From NCBI GenBank assembly GCA_004764695.1, contig SMSO01000014.1, positions 3,219,648-3,283,647 on the forward strand: a stretch of DNA of 64,000 bases, written 5' to 3'. Both the position numbers and the translations under genes were made by a program. Position 1 is the first letter of the stretch; each line of letters opens with the position of its first letter. Shown here piece by piece: positions 35,470-45,500 of this stretch. Source of the DNA: Schizochytrium sp. TIO01 (taxonomy: Eukaryota; Protista; Bigyra: Labyrinthulomycetes). The notes under the pieces were generated by a model. The model was not told where the DNA came from and ran no database searches. It saw only the letters and a list, made by a program, of their open reading frames with translations.

Positions 35470-37617
35470 TCATTTTGGAGTTGTTCTTTCCCTCTCCAAC
35501 GCAAGTCGAAGTCTAGCAATCTCTCGACTAGAGCTTAGTGCGAAGTCTTCCTCACTCATTTCTGACTTGCCAACGGACATGCCGAAGTCGATGATGACAG
35601 GCCTTTGAGTTTCCTTGTTGTATAGGATATTACGGGTCGCCACATCACCATGCAGTACACCATGGGAGTGAATGTCATCGAGAGCATCCACTGCCTTTTC
35701 CACAAAGTCATCGGTGATGTCTTCAGGTCTTAAAGGTTCGCCAGAATACTTTGTTCCGAGGCCGTAAAGAAATCTTTCATCGAAAACGCCACAATCGATG
35801 AACACTGGGATGTGTATTCCTTGCAGCGGTTCTAATTGCTTGTAAATTTCAGCTTCATTGTCAAGTTCGTGCATCTGATCTGCTTGCTTAACAAGGTCCA
35901 ATACCTTCACCACGTTGTCGCTCTTATCATCTCCTGCTTCGTGGAAGTTCAAACGAAATACTGCCCCTGTGCGACCGGGTGAAAGCGCGGTGCACCCAGC
36001 CTTGCGTAGCTTGACTAGTTCGACCGCTTCACCATCCTTTGTATATTTTGCACCATACTTATTTAGTGTCGAAGAAGGTGGTCGTCCATTTGGTGACGAA
36101 GTCCGTGGTGATACATTTTTCGGCCTCTTTGGGTCCTGTACGCTATCACATTCACGTGGTAGATCTTTCCTACTAATCGAATCATCCGATTTGCAGGGAA
36201 CCATCATAGAATTTCCATAACCTCGGAAATCCATAACTTGTTCATCAGCAGCGAGAAGAATAGCGAGTGCAACGAGCTGCAACGTACTGATTTTCTTATT
36301 TTCAGTATCACCCTCTTGATCCCATAAAATAGCTTCCGTGATAAGCAGATGTCCCCGCCCGTCTCTAATGAAAACATGAGTGTGTATATAGTTCGTGTAA
36401 ATACCAACCAAAACCTCATTCAAAACCATGTAGTTGTAAAGTTGACGAATGACCGAATGGTCTTCATGCCGCTGTGAACCACAGAGAGGATTTAGGCATT
36501 CTTTATTACAATAATCATTAGCGAGTTTAGCAGTGGTGGGAAACCCAGGACCTTTGAATTCGCCCATGATCAACGGTTTGCGGTTACCGTCTTCTGACTT
36601 ACAATTGATAGCAAAGTCTGCGCGACCTACTAGTCCTCCAGTCACAAGGTTTCCATACAAAGAGAGATCTTTAGGAATGGAATTGTTTTCAGTGGACGTC
36701 TGATTGAGTGCATGTGTTAGACATAGGATGGCATTTGTAAACGCTTTATCGACTGAACTTTCATTGTTAAGTTTTGCGTAGAGACCATAATTTGCAAATG
36801 TATTGCCAAAGTCGACTGTAGTCTCGACGTTATTCAGGATATTAATGTAGCCATGGTCTTCACAATAATCCCAGAAATTTGATGGAGAAAAATTATCCGC
36901 CTGCAAGGGTGATACAGGGTATGATATTAAGTTCGCAAGACTTGTCTTGTTTGCGGTTAATTCACCCTCCTGTTCCCAGTTTGGTAGATGTACTTTGGTG
37001 GCATCCATCATCTTCTTCGGTTCCGGAGATGACTGTAACCGTTCTCTTAGCGTTGAGATGTCTTCATCGGTAGAGGTTATAAGATCATGCACTTTTGCAA
37101 GGCGTTGTTCTTTGGCAACAATGTCTTGCTTGGTCACTTCTAACGACTTTTCCTTTTGGAGAATTTTTTTGGACAAATTCACGCAAAGGGCAAGAGTATC
37201 GTCCTGTATATCATCGGGCGAGTACCCGTACCTCCTCTGGAACGATTTTGACTTGATCTCACCACGACAGAAAGCATCGAGAAAGTCGTAGTCGTCCTCA
37301 TTTCCTAGCTTTTCTTTAAGTTTTTTCTCGATTTGCTCGATTTCTTGCGAAAGCTTGGCTTTTTCATCCTTGAGGTCCTCAAGTGCTCGATCCATACGCT
37401 TGTACTCCTCAATCTTTTCTGCATTCAAAGTTAAAGACCGTTGCAAGAGGGATTCATCATCTCTTGGGAGTGTGCTTACGCGCCTGAAAGTGGTGCGTCT
37501 GTTTGGATTGTTTGTGAACATCTGAATTGATGAGGGGCGAGATTCACGTCTACTAGCGGCACTCCTTGCGAAATTGGAGGCTGCATTTTTTAACCCCTTG
37601 ATAGTAGCACCTATCAT
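35470..37617 (-). CDS. Coiled-coil header + PD-(D/E)xK restriction-endonuclease-like domain + minimal protein kinase (Crinkler/CR-effector-like), copy 1
   Basis: REase-like: NESSV, GRADF, IMGEFKGP, VIRQLYNYMVLN..GIYTNY. Kinase: SPGRTGAVF, VVKVLD, NEAEIYKQL..LQGIHIP, LHGDVATRNILY, IIDFG. Confidence 0.85.
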   Translation of the reverse strand: MIGATIKGLKNAASNFARSAASRRESRPSSIQMFTNNPNRRTTFRRVSTLPRDDESLLQRSLTLNAEKIEEYKRMDRALEDLKDEKAKLSQEIEQIEKKLKEKLGNEDDYDFLDAFCRGEIKSKSFQRRYGYSPDDIQDDTLALCVNLSKKILQKEKSLEVTKQDIVAKEQRLAKVHDLITSTDEDISTLRERLQSSPEPKKMMDATKVHLPNWEQEGELTANKTSLANLISYPVSPLQADNFSPSNFWDYCEDHGYINILNNVETTVDFGNTFANYGLYAKLNNESSVDKAFTNAILCLTHALNQTSTENNSIPKDLSLYGNLVTGGLVGRADFAINCKSEDGNRKPLIMGEFKGPGFPTTAKLANDYCNKECLNPLCGSQRHEDHSVIRQLYNYMVLNEVLVGIYTNYIHTHVFIRDGRGHLLITEAILWDQEGDTENKKISTLQLVALAILLAADEQVMDFRGYGNSMMVPCKSDDSISRKDLPRECDSVQDPKRPKNVSPRTSSPNGRPPSSTLNKYGAKYTKDGEAVELVKLRKAGCTALSPGRTGAVFRLNFHEAGDDKSDNVVKVLDLVKQADQMHELDNEAEIYKQLEPLQGIHIPVFIDCGVFDERFLYGLGTKYSGEPLRPEDITDDFVEKAVDALDDIHSHGVLHGDVATRNILYNKETQRPVIIDFGMSVGKSEMSEEDFALSSSREIARLRLALERERTTPK

Positions 37618-38075
37618 GGTGTTCGAACGATTTTTGAGGTGTTCGAACGATTGGGTTTTGCTGCTCTTGAGAACTAGGTTTGGATGCTTCCTCTATTGTT
37701 TATACTTGATTTACTAATGAATGGTACTAGTAGATATTCTTACTTATTTATTTGTTTCTTACACACAAACCCATGTCTTCTTCTACACTGCACGAGGGAT
37801 AAATTATAAAACAACCTCTGAATATCATTACGATCTATATAGGTGAAATAATATGCTAAGTATTCTTTTTTTAAAATTACTAGCTAGTATTTTGCGAAAC
37901 CCATAATAATCCGCGAATTAAAGTCTGCAGTGCTCGTTTGCATAACTTTGATGCCGTGGCTGGTGGCGTGGCCGCAGCGTCCACGAATCTATTTCTCTCC
38001 TCGCACGCGCCGTATGCCGTGTGCGCGCACGCACACGCGCTCATTCTACCCATCTCTCCCTCCACTGTTCGATCA

Positions 38076-38550
38076 CGCAAGTCAAACGTTGTGATGATTC
38101 GATGCAAGTGGGTAAGATCGATGCCCCCGCTCGCCAAGGCCAAGGACAACTTTCCATGCATCGTTTGACTGCGTAAGTCGAAAGTTGTGCAGGTTGTGCT
38201 GGCTCGTGCCGGTAGGTAGGAGAAGAGAAGATCGGTCATCGACCTTGATCAAGCGTAAGTCGCGAGTTGTGCAGGCAGTGCTAAGCAGGAGAGGAGAATT
38301 GAAGATCGGCCCTCTCAGTAGCCCTTGATCGATCGTTTGATTGAGTTGTGCAGGCAGTGTTGTTTGAGACTTGAAGAACGATCCTCTGACTCGCCAGTGG
38401 TAGAGGTTTGACTACTTATCTTTCGATCGCCTAAGTCGAGAGTTGTGCAGTTTGTGGGATGAGAGAAGATCGATAGATAGATACCCTCCCTCGCTCACTA
38501 ACTCTCAGTAGACCTTGATCATTAGATCGCGTAAGTCAAAAGTTGTGCAG
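38076..38550. repeat. Degenerate iterated array, core CGTAAGTCRNRAGTTGTGCAG about every 80-100 bp (6 units)
   Basis: Cores at 38076, 38172, 38254, 38343 (partial), 38430 and 38530. Sub-motifs GAGAAGATCG and CTCTCAGTAGACCTTGATC recur between them. A more eroded equivalent lies at ~49820-50197. Confidence 0.8.
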
Positions 38551-38629
38551 AGGGGTAAAGAAGAAAGGGAGACATCATGGGACGAGTTGATGAACCAAAA
38601 TTTGACATTCAGAAACTAACTTTGACAAG

Positions 38630-39395
38630 ATGGATCAGTCGGTTCAAGATTCGATTTATCGAATTTACCTAGTAAAAGCGATAAAGCGCCTGATTTGATT
38701 TATAACATTGTTACTTTCATTGAAGGTGTAGAACCAGTATATACGCCAGACGGATTGCCGACACACAATTTCTTAAAATGTGCTTTGGAATTTGCTCTAC
38801 AGTACAAACCCCGCTACATTGATTGTGTCAACGAACTTGTGGATCTGGAGGGCTTTACCTTTTGGTTATCTGAACAGAACGCATCAGAGCTTTCTACTCG
38901 CGGAGTGATTCTTTTGAAACTGGTTCTGGTAATCAAAAGATAAAAACATTGAAAGTCTGGGGAAGTTGAGGACGGAGATGTCTAAACTGTTCATGGAGGT
39001 TGATTTTCCTTCTGGGATAATTAAGAATGTACAACTGCGTGAGGTTCCTAATTATGTTGCGGAGCGCTTCTTGCGCAATGTATTTCCATCAACTACGGAC
39101 TACCGACGCCATTATTTATACCACGAATAAACCTTTCTACCGATTCAAAAGAACCTTCTGTCAGAGGGGACATCACATACTCTAAGTCGGTGTCAAAAGT
39201 CGGCAAACGATACGGTCTTTCAAGGGTCCCGGTGGATCTGGCAAGACCCGTCTAGGTGTTGAGCTGGCAAAACATGGAGTGAACTATGTCGATGAAGATA
39301 AAAAGAAAGCTTTATCTGCGTTTATTCAGATGAATAAACACCTTTGTTTAGACTCCTCGTACTTTCGTCAAGAATATAAATTCGGGGCTCGATGA
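38630..39395 (+). pseudogene. Fragmented hypothetical ORF
   Basis: Protein-like segments in shifting frames (MDQSVQDSIYRIYLVKAIK / YNIVTFIEG...FWLSEQNASEL / MSKLFMEVDF...YRRHYLYHE / LAKHGVNYVDEDKKKALSAFIQMN) separated by frameshifts and stops. Confidence 0.45.
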
Positions 39396-39624
39396 ACAAT
39401 GTCCGTCCTGGTTGTTTGGGCGTATGCTCTCTATTTTCGGACTCCATGGATGGTGCGTTTTCTCCTGCGTATCGCTTTTTGACTAAACTTGCTTTCCTTT
39501 CCCACGTTCCTTTCTTTTTTTCTTTTTCCCCTTCAGTTCCTGTTGCTTGTCAATCTTAAAAAAAAATAAAATAAAAATGTTTGTTGCTTTTTCATGGTCA
39601 AATGAACATTCTTTTTCTTTTTTA

Positions 39625-39804
39625 TTCCTAATCATTAGAATGATTATTTTTTGACTTTTTCATGTTCATTTTTTTTTTAATTCTCAATCAAATAACATTT
39701 TTTTTTTTAAATACCCAATCATTAGAATGAAAATAGCATTCTTTTTTTATTTATTCCCAATCATTAGAATGAGAATAGCATTCTTTTTTTAAATTCCCAA
39801 TCAT
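39625..39804. repeat. ~42-bp tandem repeat containing the inverted repeat TCATT-AG-AATGA
   Basis: CC(C/T)AATCATTAGAATGA at ~39627, ~39714 and ~39756, with partial copies at ~39681 and ~39796, each followed by T-runs. Lies just downstream of the RuvC stop. Confidence 0.85.
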
Positions 39805-39813
39805 GTTTTTGTT

Positions 39814-40425
39814 TTAATTGAGAATGTCTTGCTCTGCCAGAGCATATTTTGCAAAAGGGTTGACTTCCTTCACAAGTACGATGGTGGGTAATATTGTTTG
39901 CGCATAGAACATGATATATGCCATGGCGTCACCGAGGTGGTCTTTTTGAACTGCTTTTCTGAAGGCTGGTAAAGTGTGTAAAAGTTTTGAAGTGATTTCC
40001 ACGACCTGTACGCGCCTTTCAACTTTAGATTGTGACATTTTAAAATATGCATGCATGGAGCGTGGTGAGATCAATTGGACAAAAGATGATCCTTTCCTTG
40101 CCCCAAATCTCTGCTTTAGGAAAACATGAAGAAGCTGTTCAATGTCTTTGTGAGTACTTGTGATGGGCTGCGCTTCGATGATGACTTGATCTACTTTTTG
40201 AAACCATGGTCGGAGCAGCTCCACAAAATGGTGAACGAGATGTGCGCCTTTGCGATCCTTTTCTTCGAAAGGGCATTCTTTGGGTTTTTTACATGTAAGA
40301 TTGCGAAGGTCTTGCATGTGCGCATAGACGGGCGTGATTTCAAACGTTTCATTGTCAATGTCTGCAAACGCACAGGCAAGATGGCTGAATCCCACATCTA
40401 TTCCAACGACTCGAGTAAGGTTCAT
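39814..40425 (-). CDS. Holliday junction resolvase, poxvirus A22/RuvC-like
   Basis: VVGIDVGFSHLA, VIIEAQP, LISPRSMH and KDHLGDA give the RuvC D-E-D-D active site with the viral A22-type ExQP signature. Confidence 0.88.
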   Translation of the reverse strand: MNLTRVVGIDVGFSHLACAFADIDNETFEITPVYAHMQDLRNLTCKKPKECPFEEKDRKGAHLVHHFVELLRPWFQKVDQVIIEAQPITSTHKDIEQLLHVFLKQRFGARKGSSFVQLISPRSMHAYFKMSQSKVERRVQVVEITSKLLHTLPAFRKAVQKDHLGDAMAYIMFYAQTILPTIVLVKEVNPFAKYALAEQDILN

Positions 40426-40762
40426 GTTTACTATTTTTTATTTTTATTTTTTTATAAAAATGATAATTTCGTTTATGTTATATTACTACAACGGTAGCCG
40501 AGGGCGTTTTTGTGGCTTTTTCCTTTTTAAGAAAGATGTGTGCGAGGATGAATAAAATCAGTATAAAGAACAATAGAATCGCCAAACCACCTCTGTCTAA
40601 GCCTAAAGATATTGCATTCTCCCTGAATGTGGAGTTCGTAATGTTCGACATGTAAATGTGATAAACAAACTACTAGGATTAGCGTTGATAATCTATTTAT
40701 TGCAAAATCTTCAATAACTAAACCCTTAATAGTGTGAGATTATAAAATAAAAAAGCTATATC

Positions 40763-41779
40763 ATGAGATTGAGGAGTAGTCGCGTTTATGTAGTAGATGA
40801 AACTTTAAAAAAACAATCTAAAAGAAATGAAGTAGTAGTGCATGTCAATAATGCTAAGACTAGAGAACATGTATTAGATGAAACTTTAAAAAAACAATCT
40901 AAAAGAAATGAAGTAGTAGTGCATGGCAATAATGAACATGTAGTAGATGAAACTTTAAAAAAACAATCTAAAAGAAAGAAAAGAAATAAAGTGGTAGATC
41001 CTGTTATTCGTGTATGTGGCAACGCTAAGACTATTTATAAATGTTCTCTGAGTGGTAGGGAATATTGGGTGGATAAGAACCGAGCTGGAGAAAACAGAAG
41101 AATGTATTGTGGGCATGGACGAAAACCTAACCGGTGTGTAGATTGCGATGGCACGTATATTTGTATCCACAAGAGGCGCCGTACTTACTGCTTTATTTGT
41201 GAGCCTGATTCCAAAAACCTTTGCGAACGTAAGTGTGGGCGTCTTTTATCGAATCGTAGACTTTTCCGTAGGATTCGCATTTGTTGGACGTGTGAAAAGA
41301 GAGAGGAGCGTCATATGAGACTAGAAAATGAGTGGAACGAGCGTTTTCATTCTTGGGGATTTCACCCTTCGAGCCATGATCGCATCATCAAAGATAGTGC
41401 ATGTAAGGTAGTAAACCGTCGGCGTGCTGACTTTGTTTTTTCAGATAATGACTTACCCTATTATATTGTGGTCGAATGCGATGAAGAAAGTCACAGTGGT
41501 TATGACATAGCATGTGAAATGAAAAGATTGCAGGAAATTCATGATCAGTTAATTGGTAATGGAAGAAGTGTGAAGCCTTTGGTGATTATCCGTTTCAACC
41601 CGAACTCTCGACATGAAAGCCTGGAAAAGGAAGTTAAAGGAGCCCTAGAAGATGCACTCAAAGGGCAAGTGGACTACTCTGATGCGCGTGGAGTCAATTT
41701 ATTTAAAGTGATAGGTTATGGACAAACGCGGCAAGAAAAATACAGAGAGGAGCGTCTTACCTATCGCTTAAAAATTTGA
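40763..41779 (+). CDS. Zn-ribbon repeat + PD-(D/E)xK-like endonuclease (giant-virus type)
   Basis: N-terminal MRLRSSR and three tandem V(V/L)DETLKKQSKR repeats, then CGHGRKPNRCVDCDGTYICIHKRRRTYCFIC, then RRADFVF..IVVECDEESH..Y..CEMKRL..IIRFNP. Confidence 0.78.
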   Translation: MRLRSSRVYVVDETLKKQSKRNEVVVHVNNAKTREHVLDETLKKQSKRNEVVVHGNNEHVVDETLKKQSKRKKRNKVVDPVIRVCGNAKTIYKCSLSGREYWVDKNRAGENRRMYCGHGRKPNRCVDCDGTYICIHKRRRTYCFICEPDSKNLCERKCGRLLSNRRLFRRIRICWTCEKREERHMRLENEWNERFHSWGFHPSSHDRIIKDSACKVVNRRRADFVFSDNDLPYYIVVECDEESHSGYDIACEMKRLQEIHDQLIGNGRSVKPLVIIRFNPNSRHESLEKEVKGALEDALKGQVDYSDARGVNLFKVIGYGQTRQEKYREERLTYRLKI

Positions 41780-42493
41780 CTCGATTCCACCAAAGCATAT
41801 CCACACTAAAAGCAACTTGGAGGTCAGTGACAAAAGGTTGTACCATCCATCCATAGTAAGCACTTCCTCGTCAGTTAACATGCGTTCTTCCCTCACCACA
41901 TAGATATACTGTACTAACGCAAAGCATGAAAACATGAAGAATTCAATGAAAAAAATAGCAATGACAAAGTGTGGTACGTCATGGTTGATTTCTGCAAAGA
42001 AAGACCAACTGATAATAACCCATGCGAAAAGGTAAGGAATGCAACCGAGCCAGAATGGTTTGATCATCAATCTCGATTTATCACCTGTAAAAGGGAGGAT
42101 GTCTTCTAGATACCCAAAGACCATTGTTGTCATCATGAGACCGGCAATGCCTGTGAGAGTGAAAATGTCATCTATTCTGCATAAGATTGCAATAATGACG
42201 GCCATGATCGATGCAGTGATGGAGTACTCTAAAAAGCGCATGGAGCCGATGTTTCCAATGCGAATAAGATATGCGTAGAAGCAGTGAAACGCGGCCGTAA
42301 TTCCTGAAAAGAGGGCAAGTCCGCTGAAGACTGAAGGCGTCCACCATGTGGTATCTATGTCACCTAATGTTAAGACCACTCTCCCTTTGTTTGGATCCAC
42401 TGAGAGAACAACCATAGCAATGGTAGACGCAAGGTGCAAAAGTGCACAAACAATGTTGAACTGCCATGTTGAACAATAGGAAATGATACTCAT
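41768..42493 (-). CDS. Heliorhodopsin
   Basis: Seven hydrophobic helices. His20 (ALLHL), His70 (AAFHC), RFLEYSITASIM (R86, counterion E89), MVFGYLE, PFWLG..W, VPHFV..F.F..FALVQ and YNLLSLTSK226LLLVW (retinal Lys) match the heliorhodopsin signature. Confidence 0.93.
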   Translation of the reverse strand: MSIISYCSTWQFNIVCALLHLASTIAMVVLSVDPNKGRVVLTLGDIDTTWWTPSVFSGLALFSGITAAFHCFYAYLIRIGNIGSMRFLEYSITASIMAVIIAILCRIDDIFTLTGIAGLMMTTMVFGYLEDILPFTGDKSRLMIKPFWLGCIPYLFAWVIISWSFFAEINHDVPHFVIAIFFIEFFMFSCFALVQYIYVVREERMLTDEEVLTMDGWYNLLSLTSKLLLVWICFGGIESNF

Positions 42494-42554
42494 AGACTAG
42501 TCATTATATGTATAAAGTGAATCTGAATTATAATAATAGTAGCTGGCTTACATC

Positions 42555-45500
42555 ATGTCGGACGCGGTTTACGAGGATGTGCTTAGGCGGGCAGTTCGTC
42601 TAAGAGATGAAAACCCACAGTTCAAGCGTCAACTCAATCGAATCATTCTCCACATAACCAACAGTATGTCGTATGCAGAGGTTCTTGAACAGAATGCGAA
42701 ACTAGATGAATTTGATCATCAGGTTGAAGATGGTACGAATGAAGGTAGTAAAACCGTGCAGGATGCTGAAAATACGCTACCTGAGTCTCCACAATTGCTT
42801 GCTCAAACATCAGGGGACGGGAAAAAGAGAGGACGGTCGATTGTCAAAAAGGAGGATAAAGAGTTGAACGCTTCGCTCACAAGAGAATCAGAGCAATACT
42901 TGAAGGAATTGTTAACCACAAAGGGTTTTCATAAGCTAAAATCTTTCGGTCCAGCTATGTTGGAGTGTTTTGGATTCGATGATGGCAACTATTTGGGTTA
43001 TTCTTCGGCGGATGCGAGGGTCTATGAGATTGTTCATATCCTCGAGGATATCATCAATAAAACAAGTCCTGATCAAGAACATGTTTCGATTCATATTGAA
43101 ACTAATATTACTTATCACGTTACAACTCAAAGATTTCATAACTTGGACGACACTGTCAATTTTATTTACAACATTCTTGTAGAAGATCCGGATGAGGCTA
43201 GATACTATTCGTTACCAATTGTTCTAGATAATTTTGAAGATGATTCAAGTGAGGAAGATGATCAAGAAGAAGATGACCTCCATGCAAATCTTTTAATTTT
43301 AGATTTAAAAGAGCATTCTGTCATTCATTTTGAACCACACGGGAGGGGAACACGGCTGTATGATGTTGAAGTGTTCACAGCAAGGATGAGGGAATTAGTT
43401 GAAAGGTCATTTAGGAAGTTCAATAAACAAGAGAAAACAAAGTACTTTCTGTTGGATGTGGGGTCAGGGTCTGAAGCAGAAGAGAATTCAGAGAAAGATG
43501 GGATTCCCTGGAGATTTCTTACAAACTTAAGTCAATCATTCGGCCGTATCGGTCCTCAATCAAGTTCAGGGCGTTGGTACCGCCAGAATGTTAACTTACG
43601 CGTTACGAAAAGAACATCTGATCTTGAGACTCTTTGGACGCAAAGACTCACAGACGGATTCTGTTTCGCGTGGTGTTTGCTAGTTACCTATGTGGTCTTG
43701 GCTCCAGTTGATTATACTGATGCTAAATCCAAAGTAGGATTCAAAGGAGAATTTGGGGAGGCCTCTGCTGATGGAACCACTTTGCGTGACAGGTTTGACA
43801 TCACTGCCGAAAGTTTTGATCCTACTCTTCTTTTCGATCGATTTGTGAATTTCCACAATTGCTCAGGCGAATTTATGGGACAGACCATGCTGCGCTTTGC
43901 AAGTTTTATCGCTAAATGTGATAAAACTCTCATTCGGGAACTGGCTATCTTTGGCGATCAGATAGAAATTGACGAGGGTGACTCGAGGACATTATCTGAA
44001 GAACTCATCCCCGTGCGACTAACTTCACTAATGAGTCCTTACTTTGAGCATGTTGAAATTTTATCGACGAGAATTTCCATGACTCCTGGAAATATTGTCA
44101 TCCCTCCAAATGTAATCAATCTATTGTCTCATCATGCAGACAGTGGCGATTCAAGCAATTCTCCAGGGTCCTTGTCTGGTTATGCACAAATGGTCATCGT
44201 AATCGTTCAACGGGACAACGCTTTATTGTATTTGATGCTTTCACCGCGAAAGAGGCAGTACTGTATTCAATTCACTTCCGATAGTCTCTTACAGCGCATT
44301 CCTATCGATGAAAGTCTTGATCGAGAAATTGAAAACTATGGTAAGGGTACATGGAAGAAACAATTATTAAATACGAAACAATTGGTTCCGACGAGTTCAA
44401 TGGTTGATGGCTTTGCGCTGAATTATGAATCCTCGACATTAAGCACTCTTGAACGTCAGTTTCTTACCATACTATTGCAAGTTTGGTTGTTTTGTGTTGT
44501 TCACATTTTGAATCCTCAAGTCGATGGGGGGGACTTATTCGAAATGGTCAAGTTGAAAGATGCAATTTTAGATGATTCTGATTTTGCGGTAGTCAAGTTT
44601 AAATTGATTCGAAAAGATGCTCAAAATAGGCGCTTAAATTGGACAAAGCTAGCCTTGCTCAATAGGTTCAGACTTTACCTTTTGGACGGTCTTGAGCTGG
44701 AATATTGGCAGTCCATAAAGCGTTACTCAATCGATATCATTCCTGAATCTTATAAAGAAGCGATCGATGAATCCTTGAATAGTAGCGAATTTATAGAGGA
44801 GCTTGATGGAGAAATCATCCCAACAATCCTATCTCAGTTGGACACTGAAGATCCTGAAGACATGCAATGGTTAAGCTCAATGACTAAACTAAGGGATTTG
44901 GGGATTATGTACAAATTATGTGAAGGTTATTCAGAAGTTAATGAGAATAATGCCGATGAAGTGCTCGCTCTGTTTGATCAGATTCTGAATTATAAGTACA
45001 TGAAAGTGCAGGAGGTCATTCCCAAATTACTCAACAATCTAGATAACGAGGCAATTCGATCAATGGACGAATCATCAGTGTCGTCTAGTGTTTACTTTAA
45101 AGTTGTGGTCCATTATCTAAAGGTTTTCATGCCCGGTGCTCCTTTGGATACCATCACTGGCTTGATCTTGTGCGCTTCACTTTTGAAACATATTCCTCAT
45201 TTTTGGATGATTGTTGCAAAATCCTACATGGAATGCATTGACATGGTATCCACTAATGATTTTACCAATGGCTTCGAGCAATTGTGTATTGCGAGTCAAA
45301 TGACCATTTCTTTGAAAATGTTCCCCCGTAAGACTTTCATCATGAAAAAGGTGAATTTCAGAACCTTTAGAAAAATGTTTGACGAATCTATTCAACAGAA
45401 GGAGGTGATACAATTTCAAGAAATCTTCCAGTCATTGGAAGCGGATTTGGAACCGTTATCATGGGTGATGAAACAAGTACCACCTGAGCAATTTCCTGAT

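Larger units (their letters stand above)
35443..38550 (-). repeat. Duplicated ~3 kb REase-kinase cassette, copy 1
   Basis: Homologous to 47216-50197, from the shared TAAATGTTTTAnTTTTT 3' motif through the CDS to ~0.9 kb of upstream non-coding DNA. Confidence 0.92.

Noticed and set aside
37618-37652. tRNA or SINE suggested by GTTCGAAC (B-box-like)
   Set aside because: No cloverleaf, A-box or T-stem pairing. It is a duplicated palindrome in the cassette's 5' region.
37880-38239. Small ORFs in the duplicated upstream module (also 49648-49921)
   Set aside because: Indels between the two copies break frame correspondence, indicating non-coding conservation.
38076-38550. CRISPR-like array (21-bp repeats with spacers)
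   Set aside because: The repeats are degenerate, the intervening sequences share motifs with each other (GAGAAGATCG, GACCTTGATC), spacing is irregular, no cas genes are present and the context is eukaryotic. It is better described as a decayed tandem/iteron array.
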